A stretch of DNA of 64,000 bases from Sulfolobales archaeon (GCA_038867615.1 JAWBYA010000001.1:352001-416000); one strand, 5' to 3'. Counted from the stretch's first letter, positions 38,605 through 49,732 are shown. Numbers and translations: made by a program. The notes: a model not told the origin generated them from the sequence alone.

Positions 38605-39534
38605 CTATTCTTCCTCCAACCCCCCGCTAGTCTTTCTAGACCATTCTTCAACAAGCTCTAAGCCTCCTTCCCTCTCAAACCTCTTGAAGATCTTGTTAAC
38701 GATCTCGTCCACACCGAGTCCTTGGTACCTCTCCTCAAAATAGATCCTAGATATATAGTCCGGCGATACAAGCGAGACTATAACCGTGATCCCGTTATCG
38801 CCAGCCTCTGCGGTAACCCCTACTGGCGCTCTACACCCAGCTTTAAGGGCGCTTATAAAGCCCCTCTCTATAGAGGTCTCGATCCTCGAGATAGGATCAT
38901 CGATCATGGAGGCAATCTTGACAGCCTCTGACCCCTTCCTAGCAACAACTGCTAGAGCCCCCTGCCCAGCCTGGGGTGTGATTATATATGGGCTTACAGG
39001 CTCGTAGTCATTATGGCCTATCCTCTGAAGCCCAGCCTCTGCCAGCACTACCGCGTCCACCTCAACCCCGATCTTCCTTATCCTCGTATCTATATTCCCC
39101 CTAATCGCTTTGACGCTAAGATCCCTCCTATGGTATAGTATATGTGATGCTCTTCTAAGACTCCCAGTACCTATGATAGCCCCGCTATGTATAGCTTCTA
39201 GAGAGCCACGGCTTTTGGGGATTATCGCATCCCTTCTAGATCTTCTTCTAGGTATTGCGGCTATGTCAAGGTCTTCTGGTGTTTTTGTTGGATAGTCCTT
39301 GAGGGAGTGGATGGCAAGATCTATTGAGCCTTTCATAAGCTCGAGATCGATCTCCTTGGTGAAGATACCTGGCGATCCTATATCCCTTATGCTGCTCCTC
39401 ATAACATCCCCCTTGGTTTTTATTCTCACTATTTCGAACTCGATCTCTGGGAAGATCTTTTTAATCTCCTCGATAACCTCTAGGGTTTGCTTAACCGCCA
39501 GTAAGCTACCCCTGGTTCCGACCCTTAGTTTCAA
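38605..39534 (-). CDS. hemC: Porphobilinogen deaminase
   Basis: GTRGSLLA, HSLKD, GTGSLRR, RGNIDTR, GQGAL and GCRAP. Confidence 0.93.
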   Translation of the reverse strand: MKLRVGTRGSLLAVKQTLEVIEEIKKIFPEIEFEIVRIKTKGDVMRSSIRDIGSPGIFTKEIDLELMKGSIDLAIHSLKDYPTKTPEDLDIAAIPRRRSRRDAIIPKSRGSLEAIHSGAIIGTGSLRRASHILYHRRDLSVKAIRGNIDTRIRKIGVEVDAVVLAEAGLQRIGHNDYEPVSPYIITPQAGQGALAVVARKGSEAVKIASMIDDPISRIETSIERGFISALKAGCRAPVGVTAEAGDNGITVIVSLVSPDYISRIYFEERYQGLGVDEIVNKIFKRFEREGGLELVEEWSRKTSGGLEEE

Positions 39535-40820
39535 GAGATCCTCCCCAGAGCCTCTCTAATAGCCTCGATGGTGATCGAGAGATCCTCGTCTGTATGTGCG
39601 TATGAGGGGAACCAGGCTTCGAGCTGGGATGGTGGTATGAAAACACCTCTCTTCATTAACTCTAGGTGGAACTCGCTGTAGAGCTTTGTATTGCTTTTCA
39701 CAGCATTGCTGTAGTTCCTCACAGGCCCTCTCGCCATGAAGATCTGGAGCATTCCTTCGAACCTGTTAACATGGGCATTAATCCCTCTCCCGCTGATCAC
39801 TCTCTCGGCTTCTTCCTCGATCTCGGAAGCTATCTTCCTAAGCCTACTATAGATCTTACCACCCTCCCTCTCCACAGCATCGAGGGTTGCTATAGCAGCA
39901 GCGACAGAGACAGGGTTTCCGCTATATGTTCCAGCCTGGTATACAGGGCCTGATGGTGCTATAAGCTCCATGATCCTTTTTCCACCTGCGTATGCTGCTA
40001 TGGGGAGTCCTGAGCCTAGGGCTTTTCCTATTGTTATTAGATCTGCTTTTATCCCGAAATACTCCTGGGCTCCTCCGGGTGCTATTCTAAAGCCCGTTAC
40101 GATCTCGTCGAAGATTAATAGGCATCCGTAGGTGTTGCACAGCTCTCTAGCTGTTTTGAGGAACTCTGTATCTGGTGGTACGAGCCCCATGTTGGCTGCG
40201 ACTGGCTCGAGTATTATTGCTGCTACTGTGTCGCCATGGATCCTCATTACTTTTTCAAGCCCCTCGGGATCGTTGTACTCTGTGACAAGGGTTTTTGCAG
40301 CTGCGTCTCTTAAAACACCTTTGTGGGAGGGTATCCCAGCAGCACCTGATCCTGGTGATACTAATACGTAGTCGTGGGATCCGTGGAAGCAGCCTCTGAA
40401 TTTAACTATATATTCCCTCTCGGTATAGCCTCTTGCAAGCCTTATAGCACTCATAGTAGCCTCTGTACCTGTGTTGACAAGCCTGACCATCTCTATATTT
40501 GGGATCATCTTGATCAGTTTTTCAGCAAGGATCACCTCGGCTTCTGTGGGCATTCCGTAAAGAACACCGTTCCAGAGGATCTCGGAGATCCTTTTGACAA
40601 GCCATTCAGGCGAATGCCCAAAGAGGTTTGCCCCATAGCCCATCACATAGTCTATATAGCTGTTCCCATCAACGTCATATACCCTCGATCCCCTCGCTCT
40701 CGCTATGAATACCGGGTATGGTTTGAAAGCCCTTACCGGGCTGTTAACACCTCCCGGTATGAGTCTCAATGCCTTGTCATAAAGCTCCCTGCTCCTTCCT
40801 GTCCCAAGCATTTCTACCAT
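39531..40820 (-). CDS. hemL: Glutamate-1-semialdehyde 2,1-aminomutase
   Basis: PGGVNSPVRAF, GTEATM, FDEIVTGFR and QAGTYSGNP. Confidence 0.95.
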   Translation of the reverse strand: MVEMLGTGRSRELYDKALRLIPGGVNSPVRAFKPYPVFIARARGSRVYDVDGNSYIDYVMGYGANLFGHSPEWLVKRISEILWNGVLYGMPTEAEVILAEKLIKMIPNIEMVRLVNTGTEATMSAIRLARGYTEREYIVKFRGCFHGSHDYVLVSPGSGAAGIPSHKGVLRDAAAKTLVTEYNDPEGLEKVMRIHGDTVAAIILEPVAANMGLVPPDTEFLKTARELCNTYGCLLIFDEIVTGFRIAPGGAQEYFGIKADLITIGKALGSGLPIAAYAGGKRIMELIAPSGPVYQAGTYSGNPVSVAAAIATLDAVEREGGKIYSRLRKIASEIEEEAERVISGRGINAHVNRFEGMLQIFMARGPVRNYSNAVKSNTKLYSEFHLELMKRGVFIPPSQLEAWFPSYAHTDEDLSITIEAIREALGRIS

Positions 40821-40824
40821 TGAA

Positions 40825-41829
40825 TCATCTCCCCAGAAGCTCTGGGATCTTGTATGCGTAGTATGTTATTATTATATCAGCCCCAGCCCTCTTAATAGCT
40901 GTGAGGGCTTCGAGGACTGCTTGGTTCTCCGATATATAGCCGCTCATAGCTGCGGCCTTGATCATTAGATACTCACCGCTAACGCTATATACGGCTAGGG
41001 GGATCTCTGGGAAGTTATCCTTTATAAGCCTTACTATGTCTAGATACCAGAGCCCTGGCTTAACCATAACTATATCAGCACCCTCCGCTATATCCATCTC
41101 AACCTCTTTCAAGGCTTCCCAGGAGTTCCTTGGATCCATTTGATAGCCTCTCCTATCACCGAACTGGGGTTTTGATGAGGCTGCTAGTCTGAATGGTCCA
41201 TATAATGATGATGCGTATTTGGCTGAGTATGACATTATAGCTATGTCGCTGAACCCCTCGGAGTCTAGGGCTTCTCTTATAGCGCCTACCTGCCCGTCCA
41301 TCATTGCTGATGGTGCTACTATATCTGCACCTGCTTCTGCATGGCTTACAGCGATCCTCGAGAGGATCTTTATGCTCTCATCGTTATCAACAACATATCC
41401 AGAGCCTTTCTTAACAATTATTCCGCAGTGGCCGTGATCTGTGTAGGAGCATACACATACATCTGTAGCTATGAGCACATCATCGCCATACTCCCTCCTG
41501 ATATTCCTAAGCGCTCTCTGCACAGGGCCCTCGCTATTATAGGCCCTCTTAGCCATGGGATCTTTCTCTGAGGGGACGCCGAAGACCAGGATATTCTTGA
41601 TCCCGGCTTCTAGGAGTTCTCCAACGAATTTCACAACACCTTCTACAGAGTATCTATACTGATCCGGCATGGACTCGATAGCCACTCTATCCCCGCTAAT
41701 CTCTTCATCGACAAACACAGGCTGTACTAGAGCCTCTATAGAGAGCCTTGACTGGGATACAAGATCCCTGATACCCTGTGTCCTCCTAAGCCTCCTAGGC
41801 CTTATGACGGGATATCTATAGATCCCCAT
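40825..41829 (-). CDS. hemB: Porphobilinogen synthase (Zn type)
   Basis: RPRRLR, DVCVCSYTDHGHCG, APSAMMDG, MVKPG and SGEY. Start placed at MGIYRYP. Confidence 0.95.
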   Translation of the reverse strand: MGIYRYPVIRPRRLRRTQGIRDLVSQSRLSIEALVQPVFVDEEISGDRVAIESMPDQYRYSVEGVVKFVGELLEAGIKNILVFGVPSEKDPMAKRAYNSEGPVQRALRNIRREYGDDVLIATDVCVCSYTDHGHCGIIVKKGSGYVVDNDESIKILSRIAVSHAEAGADIVAPSAMMDGQVGAIREALDSEGFSDIAIMSYSAKYASSLYGPFRLAASSKPQFGDRRGYQMDPRNSWEALKEVEMDIAEGADIVMVKPGLWYLDIVRLIKDNFPEIPLAVYSVSGEYLMIKAAAMSGYISENQAVLEALTAIKRAGADIIITYYAYKIPELLGR

Positions 41830-42420
41830 GAGAAGCCCGGTAGTGGGAGCTCTCGGCGGATTAAAAGGTTCTCTTAACCATAAATAGCTACTCATGGGTA
41901 CTGGGTTGCTAGCATCCTTACCGTTAAAGTCAGGCTTTGTTTCTAGTATTCAGGTTTAATAGATCGCTGTCTAAGTATTTCCCCAAGATCTCAATATAGC
42001 TTGTAAGTATATTTCATATCCTCTTCGTTTAATACGTTGCATGTCTTTTTCCTCGCACCTGATACATGTGTTTATGTGCCTTAGCCCTGTTTAGGGAGAT
42101 AGGATCTAGCTGTTTAAGGTTTAGGCTAGCGACTCTAGAGATCTGAAAGAACGTTTAAAGGCACTATTGATATGGTGTTTCTGCTTTCTATCTTCTTTTT
42201 TGCCAATCATCCAGTCATTCTTACTAAGCCTTCGTCTAGGAACTCCTGCGCTTCTTCCATATGCTCCGGGTATTACAGATCTTGAGCTTATGCATTATAA
42301 GACCTATAGGATCTGGCAGGAGGAGTGATATGATCATTATAAACCTTCATGATATCTGAAATGGTTTGTGAAGGCGTAAGCTATAAAAAGGCTAGAAGAA
42401 ATAGATATGGGATGATTTTC

Positions 42421-42666
42421 ATGAGCAAGGCGATTGTTTTGATAAACACGGATGTAGGTGCCGAGGAGGAGGTATTTAACCAGCTATCAAAAATACCCAA
42501 CGTTACCGAGGTCTATATAGTGTATGGTGTATACGATGTTGTTGCCATGGTTTCTGCAAAGTCTCAGGATGAGTTGAGGGAGATCATTGTTAGGCATATA
42601 AGGAGAATGCCTAAGGTTAGATCTACGACGACCATGATGGTTGTTGAGGAGTCTAAGAAGGGGTAG
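42421..42666 (+). CDS. Stand-alone Lrp/AsnC ligand-binding domain protein
   Basis: AIVLIN...VYGVYDVVA...IRRMPKVRSTTTM, with no HTH domain. Confidence 0.85.
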   Translation: MSKAIVLINTDVGAEEEVFNQLSKIPNVTEVYIVYGVYDVVAMVSAKSQDELREIIVRHIRRMPKVRSTTTMMVVEESKKG

Positions 42667-42739
42667 TGCTCCGCCTTATCCACTAACTATAATCTAGAAT
42701 CTTTTCTCTCTAAACATAGTGTTCTTTGGTGCTATATGG

Positions 42740-43465
42740 TTAGCATAGCGAGTGTTCCTCAAAGATCTTTGCGATCTTCATGCCAGCCCTGCTTTTACAT
42801 ATACCCCTTATAACCTCCTCGATGGGCGAGTCACCATCGAATATGGCTTTGAAAAACACCCCTGTCCTCCCCAGCTTATCCCTTCTAGTTAGAACCCTCA
42901 CTCTCTCTGCGACTGTTTCTACAGAGATCCCCAGGATCCTGGCTACCTCTGCTTCATGCCCGATCACGTCTCTCTCTATATGGCCTCTCTCTGTTGGTAT
43001 TATGAGTCTCAGTCTCTTATTAACCCCAGGGACTCTCTGGCCGAGCAGCAGTTGATCCAGGCTGGCCATTCCGCCGAATTTGTAGAACTCATACTCCGTT
43101 GTTGAGGGTTTCCAGAGGTGTTTTGAGACAGAGATCCTGCCCTCTATATCGAGGTATAGATAGAGCACGGGGGTTCTTGTGGGTGTTGCCATAATGATCT
43201 CTCCTCTATAGATCCTCCACTTTCTCTCTATGCATAGTCTGAGGATATTTGTGGGGATATCATGTATGATCGCTATATCAACATCGCTTTCTTTATCGAC
43301 ATCGCCCCTAGCTATAGAGCCGTATGCATAGCCCTCTATACCGCATTCCTTAAGACCCTCGAGGATCTCTATAGCGATTCTCCTAAGCCTATCAAGGATC
43401 CTGAGTCTCTCCTCGTCGTAAATCACCTCAGCAGTCTTTCCCCTAAGATCCACTTTGTCTCTCAA
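42740..43465 (-). CDS. Archaeal nucleotidyltransferase-domain protein
   Basis: YGSIARGDV..SDVD, EFYKFGG, RVPGVNKRL and RRDKLGRTGVF. Confidence 0.8.
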   Translation of the reverse strand: MRDKVDLRGKTAEVIYDEERLRILDRLRRIAIEILEGLKECGIEGYAYGSIARGDVDKESDVDIAIIHDIPTNILRLCIERKWRIYRGEIIMATPTRTPVLYLYLDIEGRISVSKHLWKPSTTEYEFYKFGGMASLDQLLLGQRVPGVNKRLRLIIPTERGHIERDVIGHEAEVARILGISVETVAERVRVLTRRDKLGRTGVFFKAIFDGDSPIEEVIRGICKSRAGMKIAKIFEEHSLC

Positions 43466-43499
43466 TTCCCTATAAATATGGTTATTATGGGGATAAAAA

Positions 43500-44900
43500 C
43501 TAGGCGTTACCCAGGATCCTTTTCACGAGATCCTCGGCTTCTGAGAGGTTATACTCCCTCGCCAGGCCGATCCTGCTGGCCTCGGCAGATCCCTCAGCAT
43601 GGATCATGAGGCCGAGTGCGTAGCCGGCAAGACTGCTCCCCGCAAGCTCCTTAGCGATCTTAAGTACAGCTATCCTTTCCTTCCCATCTACGGCTCCTGC
43701 TAGGTATTTGGCTATGAGGTCGCCGAGCTCTCCCTTGAGATCTTCTTCCGATGGGAGTGTTGAGACTATCCCTCCAACAATGTCTACAAGGGCTTCGAGG
43801 ACTTTTGAGAAGTTTGTGTTGGAGTATAGCTTGGCTATGTTGGTATATAGGGGGTTGGGGATCGCTATACCCTCGTCTATGACAGGGTTTACTGCTGATG
43901 CTATAGCCCCCATCCTCATTATCTCCTTCCATAGAATGATCTCGATGATCCTGCTCCTTATATGTGGGGCTTCAAACACACCGTTAGCCTTAGCTGCGAG
44001 GCTTGCAGCGCCTAGGTAGAGGTTAGCCATAGCAGATCTATATGACACAGCTGTGAATCTATGGTATGTTGCGAAGAGGTTTGCCAGAAGCCCGGCGTAT
44101 TCATGCTCCCTGAACATGAACACCCTATCCCACGGGACAAAGACGTTATCGAATATGGTTAGGGTTTCCAGCTCATAGTCCTTTCTACTTAGGACAGCAC
44201 TGCTATTACCCTCAACCTCGTCTATGGGTCTTACAACCATCCTCAGACCCTTGGTGTTTGCTGGGATGGCGAATGCAACGGCATAGTCTGAATCCTTCGG
44301 CGTCATAGCCCTCGTGGGGATCACTATAATCTCGTCTGAGACGGCTGCTTGGGTTGTGTGGGCTTTGGCGCCTCTAACGATGATTCCATCGCTCCTAACA
44401 TCAACAACCCTTACATATAGATCTGGGTCTCTCTGCTCGTGGGGTCTTTTAGACCTATCACCCTTAACGTCTGTCTGTGCCACTGCTATTGATAGATCGT
44501 TCTTGACTATATATTTATAGTAGTTGATAACCCTCTCGTAATAGTTAGTCCTATACTTAGCATCGATCTTCCTCGATGCTATCATTAGCGCGAAGAGCGC
44601 GTCAGACCCTATAGCCTGCCCTATATTGAAGATCCCGTTGCACTCATAGGTATGCCTATAGATCATTCTATGCCTCTCAAGAAGATCCTCAGAACCTCTG
44701 GGGATTTTATAGTACTTACTTATACTCCCAAGCTCGCTATCGTGGTAAAGCCTATCACCCATTGCGTAGAGCTTTGACAAATGCCTAGCAGCTATGCTTA
44801 GCACAGGATGGCTGGCTATCGAGGTAACCCTAACTCCTCTATACCAGACCTCCCTTCCATCCTCCAACGATGATATATACTCATCCGGGGTTCTAGCCAT
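43500..44900 (-). CDS. 4-hydroxyphenylacetate 3-hydroxylase / 4-hydroxybutyryl-CoA dehydratase family flavoprotein
   Basis: AQTDVKGDRSKRP, GIIVRGAKAHTT, FDNVFVPWDRVF and HAEGS. Confidence 0.85.
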   Translation of the reverse strand: MARTPDEYISSLEDGREVWYRGVRVTSIASHPVLSIAARHLSKLYAMGDRLYHDSELGSISKYYKIPRGSEDLLERHRMIYRHTYECNGIFNIGQAIGSDALFALMIASRKIDAKYRTNYYERVINYYKYIVKNDLSIAVAQTDVKGDRSKRPHEQRDPDLYVRVVDVRSDGIIVRGAKAHTTQAAVSDEIIVIPTRAMTPKDSDYAVAFAIPANTKGLRMVVRPIDEVEGNSSAVLSRKDYELETLTIFDNVFVPWDRVFMFREHEYAGLLANLFATYHRFTAVSYRSAMANLYLGAASLAAKANGVFEAPHIRSRIIEIILWKEIMRMGAIASAVNPVIDEGIAIPNPLYTNIAKLYSNTNFSKVLEALVDIVGGIVSTLPSEEDLKGELGDLIAKYLAGAVDGKERIAVLKIAKELAGSSLAGYALGLMIHAEGSAEASRIGLAREYNLSEAEDLVKRILGNA

Positions 44901-45136
44901 AGAGATCCCCGGGGGAGTTATTAATGGGGATATTATAAATAAACAACGGCTCGTGGGTATTTCTTTAATAGCTATCTCTTCATAGTTATAGGAGAGCTTT
45001 ATCTCGATTAGCCTGGTATTTAATATTAATGTCGTGTCAGATATGCTTGGATCTCAGATATTGTTAAGCCAAATATGATGTGACAAGGTTTGTTGAAAAA
45101 CCAACATAGCCGCTATAATGTGGAGTGTGTCTAGGC

Positions 45137-45841
45137 TTATACGAATAGGTGTTTTTTGATTATGTCGAGCTCTCCTTCGGCTTTCTCCTTCTCGCCGAAA
45201 TAGACGATCCTCCCGCTGCTCATCACAGAGATCTTTGTCGCTATCCCCATAATGTGCTGGAGTTTTGTTCCAGACTCTATGAGGATTATCGTCATACCCC
45301 TCTTCTTTAGTGTGTCGAGCATGCTGTGGATCCTTTTAACCATAAGCGGCATGACACCTTCTGTTGGCTCGTCTAGGAGGAGGATCTCTGATCCTGTGAG
45401 CAGCGACCTGAGAATAGATACTATCTTGCGCTCGCCCCCGCTTAGGAGATCTGCTCTTCTGTTCAGCAGCCCCTTGATCTCTGGGTAGATATCCTCTAGG
45501 GGTTCTGTGGAGAAGTTCTTTTTACCAGCCGCTAGTCTTAGATTATCCATGACGCTCATTCCCGGGAATAGGCCTGCGTCGTCGGGTACATAGAATATGC
45601 CTCTCTTAGCTATCTCGTGGGGCTTGAGCCTCGATATATCCTCGTCTCTGAATAGGATCTCGCCTCTTCTGGTCACCTCTATACCCATGATTGATTTTAG
45701 CAGTGTTGTCTTGCCAACACCGTTTCTACCTAGCACTGCTACTATGTCGCCGCGATCCACTGGTAGGCTTACCTTGTGGAGTACATGGGCTCTGCCGTAG
45801 AACGCGTCTAGGCTTCTTATAGTTAGGAGGCTACTCGCCAA
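45137..45841 (-). CDS. Liv-type ABC transporter ATPase (LivF-like)
   Basis: GRNGVGKTT, LSGGE and LLDEPTEG. Confidence 0.88.
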   Translation of the reverse strand: MASSLLTIRSLDAFYGRAHVLHKVSLPVDRGDIVAVLGRNGVGKTTLLKSIMGIEVTRRGEILFRDEDISRLKPHEIAKRGIFYVPDDAGLFPGMSVMDNLRLAAGKKNFSTEPLEDIYPEIKGLLNRRADLLSGGERKIVSILRSLLTGSEILLLDEPTEGVMPLMVKRIHSMLDTLKKRGMTIILIESGTKLQHIMGIATKISVMSSGRIVYFGEKEKAEGELDIIKKHLFV

Positions 45842-46538
45842 GGTAGATCTCCCTCACACGCTTATCTTCAGCAATATCGTTGGGGCTTCCTTCTGCAAGA
45901 ACCTCGCCTCTGTTCATTACAATTATCCTCTTGGATATATTAAACACCACGTCCATGTCGTGCTCGACAAGAACGATCGGTATTTCGGAGCCCAGGCTCT
46001 TTATAACCGAGATCACCTCCTCCTTCTCATTAATATTAAGGCCTGCTGTTGGCTCGTCTAGGAATAATAGCTTGGGTTTTGTTGCAAGGGCTACGGCTAT
46101 CTCAACAACCCTCTGGATGCCGTGGGGTAGTTTGTAGACCTCTAGATCTCTGTATTTTTCTAGATACAGCTTGCTCAAGATACTATCGACATCGGGGTTT
46201 GAGTTCTTACCCCTCGAGAGCGAGGCTATCAATACATTCTGATAGACAGTCAGCGATGTGAATAGGTTTATTAACTGGAATGTTCTCGCTATCCCTAGCT
46301 TCACGATCTTGTGGGGGCTCATGCCGGTTATATCTATGCCCATGAAGAGCACTTTACCCTTATCGGGTTTAAGCCTCCCGGTAATGACATTTATAAGTGT
46401 TGTCTTGCCAGCACCGTTGGGGCCTATTATAGATGTTATTCCGTCGCTGAAGATCGATAGGTTCACGCCGTTTAATGCTGCGAAGTCGCCGAACTTCTTA
46501 ACTACACCCTCAACCCTGAGGATCTCCCTGCCCTCCAT
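45831..46538 (-). CDS. Liv-type ABC transporter ATPase (LivG-like)
   Basis: GPNGAGKTT, RTFQ, DEPTAG and VEHDM. Confidence 0.88.
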   Translation of the reverse strand: MEGREILRVEGVVKKFGDFAALNGVNLSIFSDGITSIIGPNGAGKTTLINVITGRLKPDKGKVLFMGIDITGMSPHKIVKLGIARTFQLINLFTSLTVYQNVLIASLSRGKNSNPDVDSILSKLYLEKYRDLEVYKLPHGIQRVVEIAVALATKPKLLFLDEPTAGLNINEKEEVISVIKSLGSEIPIVLVEHDMDVVFNISKRIIVMNRGEVLAEGSPNDIAEDKRVREIYLGE

Positions 46539-47482
46539 ATCCTTTCAACCACCTCCGCGATACCTCCCCTAGATCCGAGAATAAGGCTTGCGAGGATCAA
46601 TCCTAGCATGAGTTGCCATATATCGGCTATTCTTGCTACAAGTGTGGTTATAACTATAAAGATCAGGGATCCCAGGATGGGTCCTGCAAAGAACTTAGAA
46701 CCCCCTATTAGTGTTGCTACAAGGGGCTCTGCACTTGTTGTCCAGTAAGCAAGGTCAGGGGTTATAACTCCCATCAATAGTGCGTAGAGCGCTCCAGCAG
46801 CTCCTGCCACACTTCCCGAGATTATGAATGCAATCATCCTGAGCCTGTATACCGAGTGGCCTGTATATGGCATGAAGTCCTCGTTAACCCCTAGTCCTCT
46901 TATAAGGAGACCATATCTGGATCTATGGAACAGGTATAGCAGGATCAGTATTAATGCGAAGGCTCCGTATATGAAGTAATACCTAGCAACAGGATCCATG
47001 ATGTTTACTATGAAGCCGCTTCTAGGTATGCCTGCTATCCCGTCACTCCCACCTGTAACGCTCCTCCATTTTATGAGGAGTGCGTAGAGGAGCATTCCAA
47101 AGGCTAGTGTGAGCATTGCGAAGTAGATCTTGCTATGCCTCAGTGTTAAGGCGCCAACGGCGAGGGCTAGGATTGCGGATGTTGCTAAAGCCACTAGAAC
47201 GCCTATAAAGGGGTCTCTGATGACGTTTATCGTGAAGAGGGCTAGGCTATAGGCGCCGGCAGCATAGAATAAAGCATGTCCAAAGCTTAGGAGGCCTGCG
47301 TATCCGAAGAGTATGTTGTACGAGAGCGAGAATATAGATAATATCATGAAGAGTGATGATAGGTAGAGGTAAAATGGATCCCTGGTTAGGGGGATTATGA
47401 GTAGTGATATGAGTAATAGGATGATTATATATACCAACGGATCTCTGGGCATCATCTTCACAGGATCATCACCTCTCTCCAA
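46502..47482 (-). CDS. Liv-type ABC transporter permease (LivM-like)
   Basis: GYAGLLSFGHA, YFAMLTLAF and TGGSDG. Confidence 0.88.
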   Translation of the reverse strand: MERGDDPVKMMPRDPLVYIIILLLISLLIIPLTRDPFYLYLSSLFMILSIFSLSYNILFGYAGLLSFGHALFYAAGAYSLALFTINVIRDPFIGVLVALATSAILALAVGALTLRHSKIYFAMLTLAFGMLLYALLIKWRSVTGGSDGIAGIPRSGFIVNIMDPVARYYFIYGAFALILILLYLFHRSRYGLLIRGLGVNEDFMPYTGHSVYRLRMIAFIISGSVAGAAGALYALLMGVITPDLAYWTTSAEPLVATLIGGSKFFAGPILGSLIFIVITTLVARIADIWQLMLGLILASLILGSRGGIAEVVERIWRAGRSSGLRV

Positions 47483-48332
47483 AGATTCCCTGCGGCCTTA
47501 CTAGTAGCGAGATAGCCATTATGAGGTATATTAGCAGGAGATCTATCTCTGGTAAATAGAGCGTAAAGAGACTCTCCGAAACACCTATTATAATTGACAC
47601 TATATATGCTCCCAGCAGGTTACCCATGCCAGCTATTACCGTGACTATAAAGGCAGATACTATTAAAAAGTCCCCGAGGCCTGGAACCACGGGTGAGAAC
47701 GCGACTATCAACGCTCCCCCCATGCCGGATATAACGCATCCGAGGAAGAATACTGAGGAGTAGATAGTGCTTGTATTTATCCTTAAGGACTCAGCTACCT
47801 CGGGCCTCCTCCACGTAGCCCTCACCTTCAGGCCCCACATGGTGTTGTTGATCAGGATCGCCATCGCTATATATACGGCGAGACCAATGGCTATTATTAG
47901 GATCACGTAGAGGGGGAATACTCTTCCAAATACATTCACGCCCAGGCTAAGGATATCTGGTAGCGGTACAGATACTGGGAGCGTGCCCCAAAATATCTTT
48001 GATAGATCGTTTATTATTAGAGCTACTGCAAAGGTCATCAATAGCTGGTATGTGGACTCCACCTTATAGAGGGGCTTTAGAAGGAACCTCTCGACCAGAA
48101 GTCCTATAAGTCCTACTGAGAGGGCTGAGAGAGGTACGGCTATCCAGAAATTCCCCACGATCGTATAGAATGTGAATGCTATATAGCCTCCGAGCACTAG
48201 AAGCACTGCTTGTGCAAAGTTAACCACCCTTAGCACGCCAAAAATCAAGGTTAAGCCTGAGGCTATTAACCAGTATATGGATGCTCTGTAGAGGCCTGTG
48301 ACTATTTGGTAAAAAATGGGCGATAGATCCAC
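47469..48332 (-). CDS. Liv-type ABC transporter permease (LivH-like)
   Basis: GLTLIFGVLRVVNFAQ and RPQGIFG. Confidence 0.88.
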   Translation of the reverse strand: MDLSPIFYQIVTGLYRASIYWLIASGLTLIFGVLRVVNFAQAVLLVLGGYIAFTFYTIVGNFWIAVPLSALSVGLIGLLVERFLLKPLYKVESTYQLLMTFAVALIINDLSKIFWGTLPVSVPLPDILSLGVNVFGRVFPLYVILIIAIGLAVYIAMAILINNTMWGLKVRATWRRPEVAESLRINTSTIYSSVFFLGCVISGMGGALIVAFSPVVPGLGDFLIVSAFIVTVIAGMGNLLGAYIVSIIIGVSESLFTLYLPEIDLLLIYLIMAISLLVRPQGIFGER

Positions 48333-48346
48333 CTATGTTCAACCCC

Positions 48347-49732
48347 CTATTCTATGAGGGGGATTTTATAATCAGGCGGCGATCTATAGTATAGAAACGC
48401 TGGGACGGCCCTTATATCTGTTAACAGAGGCATATCACCGCCAACGTTGATGACTTCTCCAGAGACTCTTCCGTAGGGCACCTCATATACGGCTTGGTGA
48501 TCCTGGGGTCTTATCCATCTAACGCCTGCGGGCGATACGATCACCATGCCTTCCATAGCCTTAACGAGGGTATCGAGATCTAGGGTGCCTGTCTTCTCGA
48601 TAGCAGCCTTTAACAGGTATATAGCTGTGTATGTGGTTTCTGAGGAATATGCTGGGAGCCTTCCCCACCTCTTTACGAAGGTATCGACAAACCTCTTGTT
48701 AATATCTGTGGGTGGGTAGAACCATGCGTACCTACCACTAATCCACATGCCGTTGGGTAGCTGTGGATAGGCTTTCCCAAGGCCATAGGCCACATCGACA
48801 GAATATCCCATGGGGTTAAAGACCGCCTTGAGCTTTCTATAAAGGCCGAGCTCTACCGCTTGTTTGTGGAAGGTGACAGCCTCTATGGCCCAGTTGGTTG
48901 TGAAGAGCCCCTCGGCATCTGTCGCCATGACAGCGCTTATCCATTTGCTGAAGTCCGTAGTACCTGGGGAGGGGTTCCACTGCTCTGATACGAACTCTAC
49001 CTCTGGTCTGAGTTTCTTGAGGGTTGTTTTGAAGAATTCCCACGATACTCTTCCGTACTCGTAGTCTGGGTTTATCCCGGCCCACTTCTTAACAGGGAGA
49101 TCCTTTGCTATCCATGCGGCCAGTATTCCGTCCTGATAGACGGGAACCGATACCCTGAATATGTGTTTTATCCCTTGCTTATACACTAGCTCCTCGGTTG
49201 CTCTGTGGGTTGCTGCGTGGGTTAGGATCAGTATCCTGTTCAGCTCGGGCATTATGGGGCCGACTCTCATGGCGTTACCGCTGGAATCGATACCGACGAT
49301 GAAGTCAACTTTCTCTTGCTCAACAAGCTCTCTAGCCTGTTTAACGGCATCGGCGGCCTCGTCTCTTATGGAGAGCTCTATCTTAGCACCCAGGATCCCT
49401 CCCGCGGCGTTTATCTCTTCCGCAGCTAACCTGGCCCCCTGTTCTATAAGTGTCCCATATGTAGCCCAGGTACCGCTTCTAATCCCCATAACACCTATCT
49501 TTATAGTATCTTTTGGTAGCTTGGCGACGGGGGCTTCTGTCTTTGTCACTGTTCTTGTCTCTGTGACTGTTACTGTTGCTCCTCCAGGTCCTGTTTGTGT
49601 TATTGTTGTTGTTTTTAGTACTTCTCTAACCCTCTCGGGTGCTAGTGTGAGTCCTCCTGCGGCTCCTATAGCTAGGCCTACGATCCCGGCTCCTATAATT
49701 TTGATAGCGGATCTCCTACCCTCGTTGGTCAA
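48347..49732 (-). CDS. Liv-type ABC substrate-binding protein with Tat-like signal and Thr-rich linker
   Basis: GRRSAIK plus a hydrophobic stretch, EEINAAGGILG, DYEYG and RPQDHQA. Confidence 0.88.
   Translation of the reverse strand: MTNEGRRSAIKIIGAGIVGLAIGAAGGLTLAPERVREVLKTTTITQTGPGGATVTVTETRTVTKTEAPVAKLPKDTIKIGVMGIRSGTWATYGTLIEQGARLAAEEINAAGGILGAKIELSIRDEAADAVKQARELVEQEKVDFIVGIDSSGNAMRVGPIMPELNRILILTHAATHRATEELVYKQGIKHIFRVSVPVYQDGILAAWIAKDLPVKKWAGINPDYEYGRVSWEFFKTTLKKLRPEVEFVSEQWNPSPGTTDFSKWISAVMATDAEGLFTTNWAIEAVTFHKQAVELGLYRKLKAVFNPMGYSVDVAYGLGKAYPQLPNGMWISGRYAWFYPPTDINKRFVDTFVKRWGRLPAYSSETTYTAIYLLKAAIEKTGTLDLDTLVKAMEGMVIVSPAGVRWIRPQDHQAVYEVPYGRVSGEVINVGGDMPLLTDIRAVPAFLYYRSPPDYKIPLIE

Noticed and set aside
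41900-42340. Possible gene remnant between hemB and the Lrp-domain gene
   Set aside because: Only short stop-interrupted frames with no recognisable motif.
43500-44900. Marker of an autotrophic 4-hydroxybutyrate carbon-fixation cycle
   Set aside because: The Fe-S ligand motif of true 4-hydroxybutyryl-CoA dehydratase is missing and the context is catabolic.
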